A stretch of DNA of 26,775 bases from the IMG/VR virus record IMGVR_UViG_3300012953_000184, positions 1 through 26,775 of that record. The stretch is one strand, 5' to 3'. The stretch's first letter is position 1; every line of letters begins with the position of its first letter. Positions 17,543-24,530 of the stretch are shown here, piece by piece. The notes under the pieces are model-generated. The model ran no database searches, had not been told where the DNA came from, and saw only the letters and a list, made by a program, of their open reading frames with translations. The DNA comes from a virus. Lineage: Duplodnaviria > Caudoviricetes. The translations under genes were made by a program, and so were the position numbers.

Positions 17543-17932
17543 ATGAAAATAAATAGAGAAGATTTAGAAGGAATCCTTATAGACAATTTCACAGATAAAG
17601 ATGGACACCTTGATTTATCAGATTTAGACTTTAGAAAAGTTAAAGGCAAAGTAATTCTCACAAGAATGAAAGCAAAGGTAATTAATAACTCATTCCAAGA
17701 AGCAGAGTGGATTGATAACACACACCAAAAAGCAGAGTGGATTGATAACACATACCAAAAAGCAAAGAAGATTTGGAACTATGGTCAAAAAGCAGAGTGG
17801 ATTGAAAACAATAATCAAAAAGCTAAGGTTATTCATAACTATTACCAAGAAGCAGAGTGGATTTTTAACTTATACCAAGAAGCAGAGACGATTAGTAACG
17901 CAAACCAAATAGCAAAGAAGATTATAAAATAA
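17543..17932 (+). CDS. 10-aa repeat protein, paralogue 1
   Basis: TDKDGHLDLSDLDF N-domain plus about 8-9 QxAxxIxNxx repeats. Confidence 0.8.
   Translation: MKINREDLEGILIDNFTDKDGHLDLSDLDFRKVKGKVILTRMKAKVINNSFQEAEWIDNTHQKAEWIDNTYQKAKKIWNYGQKAEWIENNNQKAKVIHNYYQEAEWIFNLYQEAETISNANQIAKKIIK
17666..17929 (+). repeat. 30-bp coding tandem repeat (CAA nnn GCA nnn nnn ATT nnn AAC nnn nnn)
   Basis: Strict 30-bp period visible in the sequence. Confidence 0.9.
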
Positions 17933-17954
17933 CTAACCCTTAAACCCAAATAAC

Positions 17955-18146
17955 ATGAAAACAAAAACTAGAACAATGAAAAAACAAGTGAAAATGCTAC
18001 CAACAGGTGCAATAGTTATAACTAAAGCTAATGGAAAGGTGCAAGTGCATCATCCTAGCGACAGCGACTATCCACTACATCTGCTGTACTACAGACAGTT
18101 GCAACAAATAGAAAAACAACTAAATAAAATAAGCATTTACGGATGA
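17955..18146 (+). CDS. Hypothetical protein
   Basis: 63-aa ORF in the early operon, preceded by the TAACTAACCC...TAACATG leader. Confidence 0.6.
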   Translation: MKTKTRTMKKQVKMLPTGAIVITKANGKVQVHHPSDSDYPLHLLYYRQLQQIEKQLNKISIYG

Positions 18147-18313
18147 GCGAAATACAAGTAGAAATAGATAAGAAGAATTGTTTTACAGGCAGAGCATACT
18201 CAACGCTACAACAATTTCAAAACGAAAGACATTTAGACAACTATTTGCGAAAGATGTCAAAAAACGAAAGTACAACTAAAATAATAGGACACAGAATTTT
18301 AAATCATGGATAA
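18143..18313 (+). CDS. Small hypothetical protein (56 aa), not in the ORF track
   Basis: ATGA overlap; MSEIQVEIDK...FQNERHLDNYL...KIIGHRILNHG. Confidence 0.65.
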   Translation: MSEIQVEIDKKNCFTGRAYSTLQQFQNERHLDNYLRKMSKNESTTKIIGHRILNHG

Positions 18314-18818
18314 GACAATAGGACAAGAGTATAGATCGGTAGTAACAAAAGTTACCGCCAACGGAGTAGACAAAGATGCTTATGGGCTTTTTTACAAATA
18401 TGAATACGAAATGCAAGACGGCACAGTTTTGGGCGCACGCCACAAATCTGAGCATAATAAATTACCAGAAGGCACTGAGGTTGAATATGTCATAAGAGGC
18501 AGAAATGACTATGGAACTTATGGAAAGGTATCCAAGCCTTTTGACGGAGATCGTGGTAATGGTGCGCCATACAGCCAAAACAACAATGCGCCTAGTAACC
18601 CGCCTAGCACCTCAGATAACAACAGGCATAAAAGTATAGTGTGGCAATCACTAGCAAAGGTAGCTGCTGCACTACTTACAAGACAAGATTATAACCCTGA
18701 CGAGGCTGTAAAGCTTACAGATTTTCTGGTATCGTACCACGACTGGGTTGTAGCAGGAAAGCAAGGCGAAAAGCCTGTTTACAACAAGCCTCGTGTGACT
18801 GAAGATATGCCCTTTTAA
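18306..18818 (+). CDS. Single-stranded DNA-binding-like protein (putative)
   Basis: Beta-rich N-domain, N/P/S-rich linker, acidic-aromatic C-terminal tip EDMPF. Confidence 0.6.
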   Translation: MDKTIGQEYRSVVTKVTANGVDKDAYGLFYKYEYEMQDGTVLGARHKSEHNKLPEGTEVEYVIRGRNDYGTYGKVSKPFDGDRGNGAPYSQNNNAPSNPPSTSDNNRHKSIVWQSLAKVAAALLTRQDYNPDEAVKLTDFLVSYHDWVVAGKQGEKPVYNKPRVTEDMPF

Positions 18819-18820
18819 TC

Positions 18821-19051
18821 ATGAGCATAATAGATAAGCATATTGTAGACTACTGGCGCAAAGACGTAAACATGCGTCTTATGGTTGAAAAGAGCTGTGC
18901 AAAGGATATACAAAACGGCATATACATTAAAAGGCTTAATGGCTTAAAAACAATGCTAAAGTTTTATAGTGATACGCACAAGGACCTTATAGCTAAAGAG
19001 CTTATAGAACTGAAAAATCAACAAGAACATGAACACTATTCAAACTCTTGA
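18821..19051 (+). CDS. Hypothetical protein
   Basis: 76-aa ORF in a tightly packed operon. Confidence 0.6.
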   Translation: MSIIDKHIVDYWRKDVNMRLMVEKSCAKDIQNGIYIKRLNGLKTMLKFYSDTHKDLIAKELIELKNQQEHEHYSNS

Positions 19052-19220
19052 GGAGTGCAAAGACCTTATTAATAAAGTTTATTTGATAGATGACTTGGCT
19101 TCTCGTTCTAGGAGGCAAAACATGAACGATTGTACAAACAAACAGCTAGAGGGTATTGTAAAACTGATGAAAAAGTGTCTTGAAAATAACAATAAGAAAA
19201 ACCAATATGACCATGTCTAA
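19029..19220 (+). CDS. Hypothetical protein
   Basis: 63-aa ORF overlapping both neighbours. Confidence 0.55.
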   Translation: MNTIQTLEECKDLINKVYLIDDLASRSRRQNMNDCTNKQLEGIVKLMKKCLENNNKKNQYDHV

Positions 19221-19920
19221 AGCTCCTGCCTATCAATTTTACGTACAAGATTTCTTTACAATTGTCATGAATTTGAATATGGAAGAACGTGGCTTATACA
19301 TCACTCTTTGCGCTAGACAATGGGCTCTTTTTAACGAAAACGGAATACCCAAAAAAAGGCTAGCCTTAATCGTGGGTTGCGATTGGGAAAATCTGCCTGA
19401 TGTGGTAAAAGAAAAGTTTGTAGATAACGGTGATTACTTCTTTAATAAACCCCTGCAAGAAACTTTTTTAAACATGAAGTCTTATAAAGAAAAACAAAGC
19501 ATTAATGGACAAAAAGGAGGTAGACCTAAAAGCCAAACAAAAGCCAAAAAAAGGTCTTCTATGAAGATTGAAGATAGAAGTATGAAGATTGAAGATAGAA
19601 AAAAGAAGATTGAAGTAGTATTACCATACGACTCGGAAAATTTTAAAAACGCTTGGCACAACTGGAAAGTGTACAAAAGCAAAGAGTTTGGTTTTAAATA
19701 CAAGACAGTGCAAAGCGAGCAAGCTGCCCTAGTGAAACTATCAAACGAAACAGACAACGAGCAACACGCCATACAGTCAATAAACAACTCAATGGCTAAT
19801 GGGTGGAAAGGCATATTTGCTCACAAAGAACAAAAGAATGGAAGCAAGAAAAATAGTAAAAATGGAAGTCAATACTCTAAAGAGTTCATCCAAGAAGTTG
19901 TTGGCGATCTACAGTCCTAA
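19207..19920 (+). CDS. Replication initiator, YdaU/DUF1376-like
   Basis: KAPAYQFYVQDF...MEERGLYITL...QW; NGQKGGRPK; C-terminal INNSMANGWKGIF; start 19207 or 19213. Confidence 0.75.
   Translation: MTMSKAPAYQFYVQDFFTIVMNLNMEERGLYITLCARQWALFNENGIPKKRLALIVGCDWENLPDVVKEKFVDNGDYFFNKPLQETFLNMKSYKEKQSINGQKGGRPKSQTKAKKRSSMKIEDRSMKIEDRKKKIEVVLPYDSENFKNAWHNWKVYKSKEFGFKYKTVQSEQAALVKLSNETDNEQHAIQSINNSMANGWKGIFAHKEQKNGSKKNSKNGSQYSKEFIQEVVGDLQS
19561..19615 (+). repeat. Direct repeats inside the initiator gene (candidate origin iterons)
   Basis: ATGAAGATTGAAGATAGAA at 19561 and 19582, plus partial GAAGATTGAAG at 19605. Confidence 0.55.
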
Positions 19921-20359
19921 AAACTGCCTAGCAAAAGGAGCTAAAATAAGACAGGTGTCTGATTGCTTTGAAAGCAAGGCTCCTAGCATAGGCAAAATGC
20001 AGCGCACACAGGGCAATGTGTTTACAAACGCATACGTGATGGCTTGGCTTGTTTACTTGAATGAAGTGCTTGGTCTTAACAAACCAATGAGCGAAGAACA
20101 AATAAGGCTGTGCGCTCAGATGATTTTAGACGATTACTACGCACTCAACATAGCAGATTTCACGCTTCTGTTTAAGCGCATCATCAAAGGCGATTATGGC
20201 GAGTTTTACGAGCGGTTGAGCATAGATAAAATACAAAAGTTCTTCAGCAATTATTTTGAGGAGCGATGCAATGAAGCACAAACGCAAACCCAACGCACCC
20301 ATAACGATCTAAAGTCTGATGACACATTTGCCTTTAGCAATAACCCTAGAAGAAGATAA
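19838..20359 (+). CDS. Putative helicase loader / replication accessory protein
   Basis: Directly follows the initiator; QMILDDYYALNIADFTLLFKRIIKGDYGEFYERL; start uncertain (19838 or 19862). Confidence 0.5.
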   Translation: MEARKIVKMEVNTLKSSSKKLLAIYSPKNCLAKGAKIRQVSDCFESKAPSIGKMQRTQGNVFTNAYVMAWLVYLNEVLGLNKPMSEEQIRLCAQMILDDYYALNIADFTLLFKRIIKGDYGEFYERLSIDKIQKFFSNYFEERCNEAQTQTQRTHNDLKSDDTFAFSNNPRRR

Positions 20360-20381
20360 CTAACCCCAAACAGTAAATAAC

Positions 20382-20702
20382 ATGAAAAAAATAAACAAGA
20401 TAAGAGACTACTTAATTAAGCATAGAACAGATGAATATGGAAACCTTGATTTATCTGACTTAGATTTTAAAGACTTTAACGGTGATATACTGTTGAATGG
20501 AATGGTAGCTAAAAAAAAGATTTCTAATCTCGGGCAAAATGCAAGTATAATTTCTAACACATACCAAGAAGCAGAGACGATTTGGAACTCATGGCAAGAC
20601 GCAGATATAATTTGCAACCATAATCAAACTGCGGATAGTATTGATAACAATAATCAAGAATTAGAACATCGGCATGATGACTGGCGTCAGATGATGCAGT
20701 AA
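20382..20702 (+). CDS. 10-aa repeat protein, paralogue 2
   Basis: TDEYGNLDLSDLDF N-domain plus about 5 repeats (20505-20660) and a unique short tail. Confidence 0.8.
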   Translation: MKKINKIRDYLIKHRTDEYGNLDLSDLDFKDFNGDILLNGMVAKKKISNLGQNASIISNTYQEAETIWNSWQDADIICNHNQTADSIDNNNQELEHRHDDWRQMMQ

Positions 20703-20723
20703 TATTAAAATACAAGTTAAACC

Positions 20724-21260
20724 ATGAAAAAAATAAACGAAATAAGAGACTACTTAATTAAGCACAGGACAGACGAAGATGGAGACCTAGATTTATCAGA
20801 TTTAGACTTTAGAGAGTTTGATGGTGATATAGTGTTAGATAAAATGAAATCCAAAAAAACGATTTCTAATTCATTCCAAGACGCAGATATAATTTGGAAC
20901 AATAATCAAAAAGCAAATAAGATTTGGAACGCATGGCAAGAAGCAAAGGAGATTAGGAACACATGGCAAGAAGCAGAGAAGATTAGGAACGCAAATCAAA
21001 AAGCAAATAAGATTTCTAACGCATGGCAAGAAGCAAAGGAGATTAGGAACACAAAGAGCAGATTAAAAGCATTTCTAAACCGACTATTGACACGCTTAGC
21101 AACAATCTTTTTTTTACTAACAATTCGCGCTTTCGTAGTCATTTGCATTGTAATAGGCTTACCAATATGGTTTGTTACAGGGAAAGCATATTTGACTGAT
21201 TGGAGTATTAGGTTAATGGACAAACTCCTAGATACATATTTCAAGGCTCAAAATAACTAA
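20724..21260 (+). CDS. 10-aa repeat protein, paralogue 3, fused to a C-terminal membrane segment
   Basis: Same N-domain plus about 7 repeats (20847-21053), then LATIFFLLTIRAFVVICIVIGLPIWFV. Confidence 0.8.
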   Translation: MKKINEIRDYLIKHRTDEDGDLDLSDLDFREFDGDIVLDKMKSKKTISNSFQDADIIWNNNQKANKIWNAWQEAKEIRNTWQEAEKIRNANQKANKISNAWQEAKEIRNTKSRLKAFLNRLLTRLATIFFLLTIRAFVVICIVIGLPIWFVTGKAYLTDWSIRLMDKLLDTYFKAQNN

Positions 21261-21277
21261 CCCCAAATAATAATAAC

Positions 21278-21577
21278 ATGAAAGGAATAAACGAAATAAG
21301 AGACTACTTAGTTAAGCATAGAACAGACGAAGATGGAGACCTAGATTTATCAGATTTAGACTTTAGAGAGTTTGATGGTGATATAGTGTTAGATAAAATG
21401 AAATCCAAACAGAGTATTATTAACTCACGCCAACAAGCAAAGAAGATTTGGAACAATGGTCAAGAAGCAGATAAGATTTCTAACTCATTCCAAGAAGCAA
21501 AGGAGATTAGGAACACATACCAAAAAGCAAAGAAGATTTGGAACTATGGTCAAAAAGCAGAGGAGATTGTAAAATAA
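21278..21577 (+). CDS. 10-aa repeat protein, paralogue 4
   Basis: 5' region nearly identical to paralogue 3; about 6 repeats (21401-21574). Confidence 0.8.
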   Translation: MKGINEIRDYLVKHRTDEDGDLDLSDLDFREFDGDIVLDKMKSKQSIINSRQQAKKIWNNGQEADKISNSFQEAKEIRNTYQKAKKIWNYGQKAEEIVK

Positions 21578-21928
21578 ATGATTAAGAGAGTCTACCAGAA
21601 GCGCAACAAGTATAAAGCTGTTAAGCAAATGTTTAATGGTAGGCTATACCACAGCAAAAAGGAGGCAGCCTTCGCCCAAGAGTTGCACCTACGTAAGCTT
21701 GCAGGGGAAATTACTGATATCATTCCACAGTACCCCCTGCGACTTTACGTTAATGAAAAAAAAATATGCAACTACTTCATAGACTTCAAAGTAGTATATC
21801 CTGATAACAGCATAGAGCTAATTGAAGTCAAAGGATTTGAAACAGATATATGGAGACTAAAATGGAAATTAACAGAAGCACTATTAGATGAAATAGAACC
21901 TAACGCAAAACTCGTACTTGTAAAATGA
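21578..21928 (+). CDS. DUF1064-like PD-(D/E)xK endonuclease
   Basis: RNKYKA...YHSKKEA...YFIDF...LIEVKGF...WRLKWK. Confidence 0.8.
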   Translation: MIKRVYQKRNKYKAVKQMFNGRLYHSKKEAAFAQELHLRKLAGEITDIIPQYPLRLYVNEKKICNYFIDFKVVYPDNSIELIEVKGFETDIWRLKWKLTEALLDEIEPNAKLVLVK

Positions 21929-22338
21929 ATGAACAACAAATAAAACTTTTTCAAAGTAAAAAGACAGATAATTGGCAAACCCCTAATTGCTTATATAACG
22001 AACTAAATGAAGAGTTTAATTTTGACTTTGATCCTTGTCCCTTAAATTCTACTTTCAATGGGCTAGATTGTAATTGGGGCAGACGTAATTTTATCAATCC
22101 TCCTTATAGTAACGTCAAGGGATTTTTACAAAAAGCCTATGAAGAGTTACAAAATGGCAACGCTGAAGTTTGCGTTTTTTTAACTTTCGCTAATACCGAC
22201 ACAAAATGGTTTCACGACTATTGTTATAATAAAGCAGAAATAAGGTTTATAAAAGGACGCTTAAAATTTTTAGATGATACAGGTAAAGTAAAAAACAGTG
22301 CTATGAGACCAAGTATAATTTTAATATTCAAAAATTAA
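21925..22338 (+). CDS. Phage DNA N6-adenine methyltransferase
   Basis: DNWQTP, FDFDPCP, FINPPYS, TDTKWFH, IRFIKGRLKF. Confidence 0.88.
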   Translation: MNEQQIKLFQSKKTDNWQTPNCLYNELNEEFNFDFDPCPLNSTFNGLDCNWGRRNFINPPYSNVKGFLQKAYEELQNGNAEVCVFLTFANTDTKWFHDYCYNKAEIRFIKGRLKFLDDTGKVKNSAMRPSIILIFKN

Positions 22339-22349
22339 AAACTAATTAA

Positions 22350-22871
22350 ATGAATATACTCGAAAACCTTAACCAAAACCATAAAAGCTTTGTCTTGTAC
22401 GTAAAGAAAAACGCAAGAACAGAACAACAAAAAAAATACCCAGAGGATGTAGTCCAAGAAGCATACTGCCGCATTATAGAAATACAATCGCAAGGGCATG
22501 AACTGAAATTTGAAAGCTACTCAATGCTTGAAAGGTATTTCTTTAAAACAATTAAAAACATCATGATTAACCAGACACAAAAAAAAACAATACAAGAGCT
22601 GCCAATTAAAGGCGAAATCACTTTTCAAGACGTAAAGGATATTGAAGTTATAGAGCACTCAGAGCTTGTAAAAAAGATAGATCAGGTTGTAGAAACTTTT
22701 TACTGGTATGACAAAATGATGTTTAACCTCTATCGTTATAAAATTCCTTCTATTAGAAAAATATCTAGTGAGACCAAAATAAGCAGACCAAGTGTTACAG
22801 GAACCATCAAAAGCTGTAAGTATAAAATACAAAAGGAACTGGCAACAGAATATTATAAAATAGTGAATTAG
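22350..22871 (+). CDS. ECF sigma factor-like protein (candidate late transcription activator)
   Basis: EDVVQEAY and YFFKTIKN (region 2-like); WYDKMMFNLY...SIRKISSETKISRPSV (region 4 HTH). Confidence 0.75.
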   Translation: MNILENLNQNHKSFVLYVKKNARTEQQKKYPEDVVQEAYCRIIEIQSQGHELKFESYSMLERYFFKTIKNIMINQTQKKTIQELPIKGEITFQDVKDIEVIEHSELVKKIDQVVETFYWYDKMMFNLYRYKIPSIRKISSETKISRPSVTGTIKSCKYKIQKELATEYYKIVN

Positions 22872-22877
22872 TAAAAC

Positions 22878-22923
22878 AGTATTAACCCCAAAAAACGTGA
22901 ACATGAGCAAGACAGAAAAAATG
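22878..22923 (+). repeat. Cassette boundary repeat A
   Basis: 22880-22923 is 41/44 identical to 23251-23294 (TATTAACCCCAAAAAAC..GAACATGA.CAAGACAGAAAAAATG). Confidence 0.9.
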
Positions 22924-23235
22924 AAGAATATACAAATGAAAGAAAATGGCAGGATCGTTTATTGCGATGATAACGGCAAGCCATTGTTTTTATACAATGT
23001 TGAGGTACGTTTTTCTTTGTGGTGGAGTAGATTAATTAAAACTGCTAAAGCTAAAATCTGGTGGTATAAAGGAAGTGTTAAAAACTTTGCTTGGTTTCAA
23101 TTAAGGGCTTGGAACGCATTACGAGGCAAAGAAATGATAATGGATAGCAGGGAGGTTATAACCAAAGGTGGCTACATATTCAAACAACTTGAAATAAGTA
23201 AATCTCCTGTAAGTAAAACGGAGTGTATTGAGTAA
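22903..23235 (+). CDS. Hypothetical protein (cassette 1), Trp-rich
   Basis: ORF bounded by repeats A and B; start 22903, 22921 or 22936. Confidence 0.65.
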   Translation: MSKTEKMKNIQMKENGRIVYCDDNGKPLFLYNVEVRFSLWWSRLIKTAKAKIWWYKGSVKNFAWFQLRAWNALRGKEMIMDSREVITKGGYIFKQLEISKSPVSKTECIE

Positions 23236-23294
23236 TGCACCCTAACAAAATATTAACCCCAAAAAACAAGAACATGAACAAGACAGAAAAAATG
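23232..23294 (+). repeat. Cassette boundary repeat B
   Basis: GTAATGCACCCTAAC-AAAATATTAACCCCAAAAAACAAGAACATG... Confidence 0.9.
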
Positions 23295-23633
23295 GAATTA
23301 AAACACAACATTAGTAAATGGAAAGACGAGAATGGCAATGATTTTATCGCCTTAAGCAAAAGTGTTATACCCAAGCGAAAAGGTCGTTTATTAGTAAATA
23401 GAGAATTGATATTACAAGCTGATGTAGATACACTAAAAGTAATTTTCTCAAACTTTTTTCCTTTAGATGTCAATAGACACCATATTGTAAGCTATTGGGA
23501 TAGCATTGAATATTATGGAATAAGCGAACACTTTGAAGAAGTAGAAGAGTTTTGTGCAGCTCCTACTTATGAAATGTGGCTCAAACGTGATAAAAACGGT
23601 AAAGTAAAGTTTGATAAAATGGTAAAGCTATAA
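23274..23633 (+). CDS. Hypothetical protein (cassette 2)
   Basis: ORF bounded by repeats B and C; IEYYGISEHFEEVEE...PTYE; start 23274 or 23292 rather than 23235. Confidence 0.7.
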   Translation: MNKTEKMELKHNISKWKDENGNDFIALSKSVIPKRKGRLLVNRELILQADVDTLKVIFSNFFPLDVNRHHIVSYWDSIEYYGISEHFEEVEEFCAAPTYEMWLKRDKNGKVKFDKMVKL

Positions 23634-23634
23634 G

Positions 23635-23677
23635 TATTACACCCAACAAAGTATCACCCCCAATAAATGAGAACATG
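23635..23677 (+). repeat. Cassette boundary repeat C
   Basis: TATTACACCCAAC-AAAGTATCACCCCCAA (23635-23663) is 27/29 identical to 24531-24559; continues to GAACATG. Confidence 0.9.
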
Positions 23678-23685
23678 AAGATATT

Positions 23686-23994
23686 ATGGCAAAGTACAGA
23701 AAGAAACCAGTAGTAATTGAAGCGATACAACTTAAAGAAACAAATATTAGTGAAGTGCTAAGTTTTATGGGGCAAAAAGTAAGGTTGCAACCTTTTCAGG
23801 AACAAATGAGATTAGAGCAGTATAAAGATAGTGTTGTTGAAAACGGTATGAATATACATACGCTAGAAGATGGAAGTGACGCAAGGGCAAAGCACGTAGC
23901 GAGTATAGGTGATTGGATTATAAAAGGAATAAAGGGTGAATTTTACCCTTGCAAACCCGATATATTTACCGCTACATACGAAGAAGTAAAGTAG
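23686..23994 (+). CDS. Conserved phage protein, PGDYG-like family (cassette 3)
   Basis: KYRKKPVVIEAIQ...IHTLE...ASIGDWIIKGIKGEFYPCKPDIF..TYE. Confidence 0.8.
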   Translation: MAKYRKKPVVIEAIQLKETNISEVLSFMGQKVRLQPFQEQMRLEQYKDSVVENGMNIHTLEDGSDARAKHVASIGDWIIKGIKGEFYPCKPDIFTATYEEVK

Positions 23995-24037
23995 TATTAT
24001 GCACATCAAAGTATTAACCCCAAAAAACAAGAATATG
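23995..24037 (+). repeat. Cassette boundary repeat D
   Basis: TATTATGCACATC-AAAGTATTAACCCCAAAAAACAAGAATATG; 24007-24037 is 29/31 identical to 23246-23276. Confidence 0.88.
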
Positions 24038-24274
24038 GCTTATAGAATATATGAAATAATAAAACCAGAACGTGACGACTACGACTTGAAAACCACTGAG
24101 TCAATAACATTGAAAGAGGTTGATTGTTATGGTTTGAATTGGTCTTACGTTAGCGAAGTATCTGCTAAAATAGATATTGAACAAAACAAAAAAAACTTAA
24201 AACACAAAGACCTAGTTATATTAGAGGTGATTAATATTACACCTAACGCATTGTATAAGGCAAGTAGCATTTAA
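24035..24274 (+). CDS. Hypothetical protein (cassette 4); 3' end reads into the attC-like site
   Basis: MAYRIYEII...; ATG at the end of repeat D is more likely than 23999. Confidence 0.65.
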   Translation: MAYRIYEIIKPERDDYDLKTTESITLKEVDCYGLNWSYVSEVSAKIDIEQNKKNLKHKDLVILEVINITPNALYKASSI

Positions 24275-24365
24275 AGACCAAAAGAAAAAGTAAATTGATT
24301 TAATAACAGCAAATAGTACAAAAATAAGCCTAACAGCTATTTGCTATATACATTGTTAGGTGTAG
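24235..24365. repeat. attC-like imperfect palindrome (site E)
   Basis: ACCTAAC (RYYYAAC, 24241-47) ... GTTAGGT (GTTRRRY, 24355-61), 121 bp; inner arms TGTATAAGGCAAGTAGC (24252-68) and GCTATTTGCTATATACA (24336-52) are 14/17 complementary; AT-rich centre. Confidence 0.75.
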
Positions 24366-24373
24366 TTAAAATT

Positions 24374-24523
24374 ATGTTTGGAATAGGAAATTATTATGGA
24401 GGATTAAAAATAAAAGAAGAAGATGGTAAATACTTTTGGGGGATAGAAAATTATGATGGAACTGATTTTAAAGAAATACCTAAATACCTTTTTGATTCAT
24501 TGGTTGAATTTAGGGATGAGTAA
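24374..24523 (+). CDS. Small hypothetical protein (49 aa, cassette 5)
   Basis: MFGIGNYYGGLKIKEEDGKYFWGIENYDG...; starts 12 nt after GTTAGGT and stops just before repeat F. Confidence 0.7.
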   Translation: MFGIGNYYGGLKIKEEDGKYFWGIENYDGTDFKEIPKYLFDSLVEFRDE

Positions 24524-24530
24524 TAATTTT

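Noticed and set aside
17666-17929. 30-bp periodic repeat as a CRISPR array
   Set aside because: No constant repeat/unique spacer alternation; the period is 10 codons within an open frame and no cas genes are present.
23235-24373. ORF-track N-termini MHPNKILTPKNKN, MHIKVLTPKNKN and MLYTLLGVVKI as a conserved protein domain
   Set aside because: They are translations of the DNA boundary repeats and the attC arm; the true starts are probably downstream.
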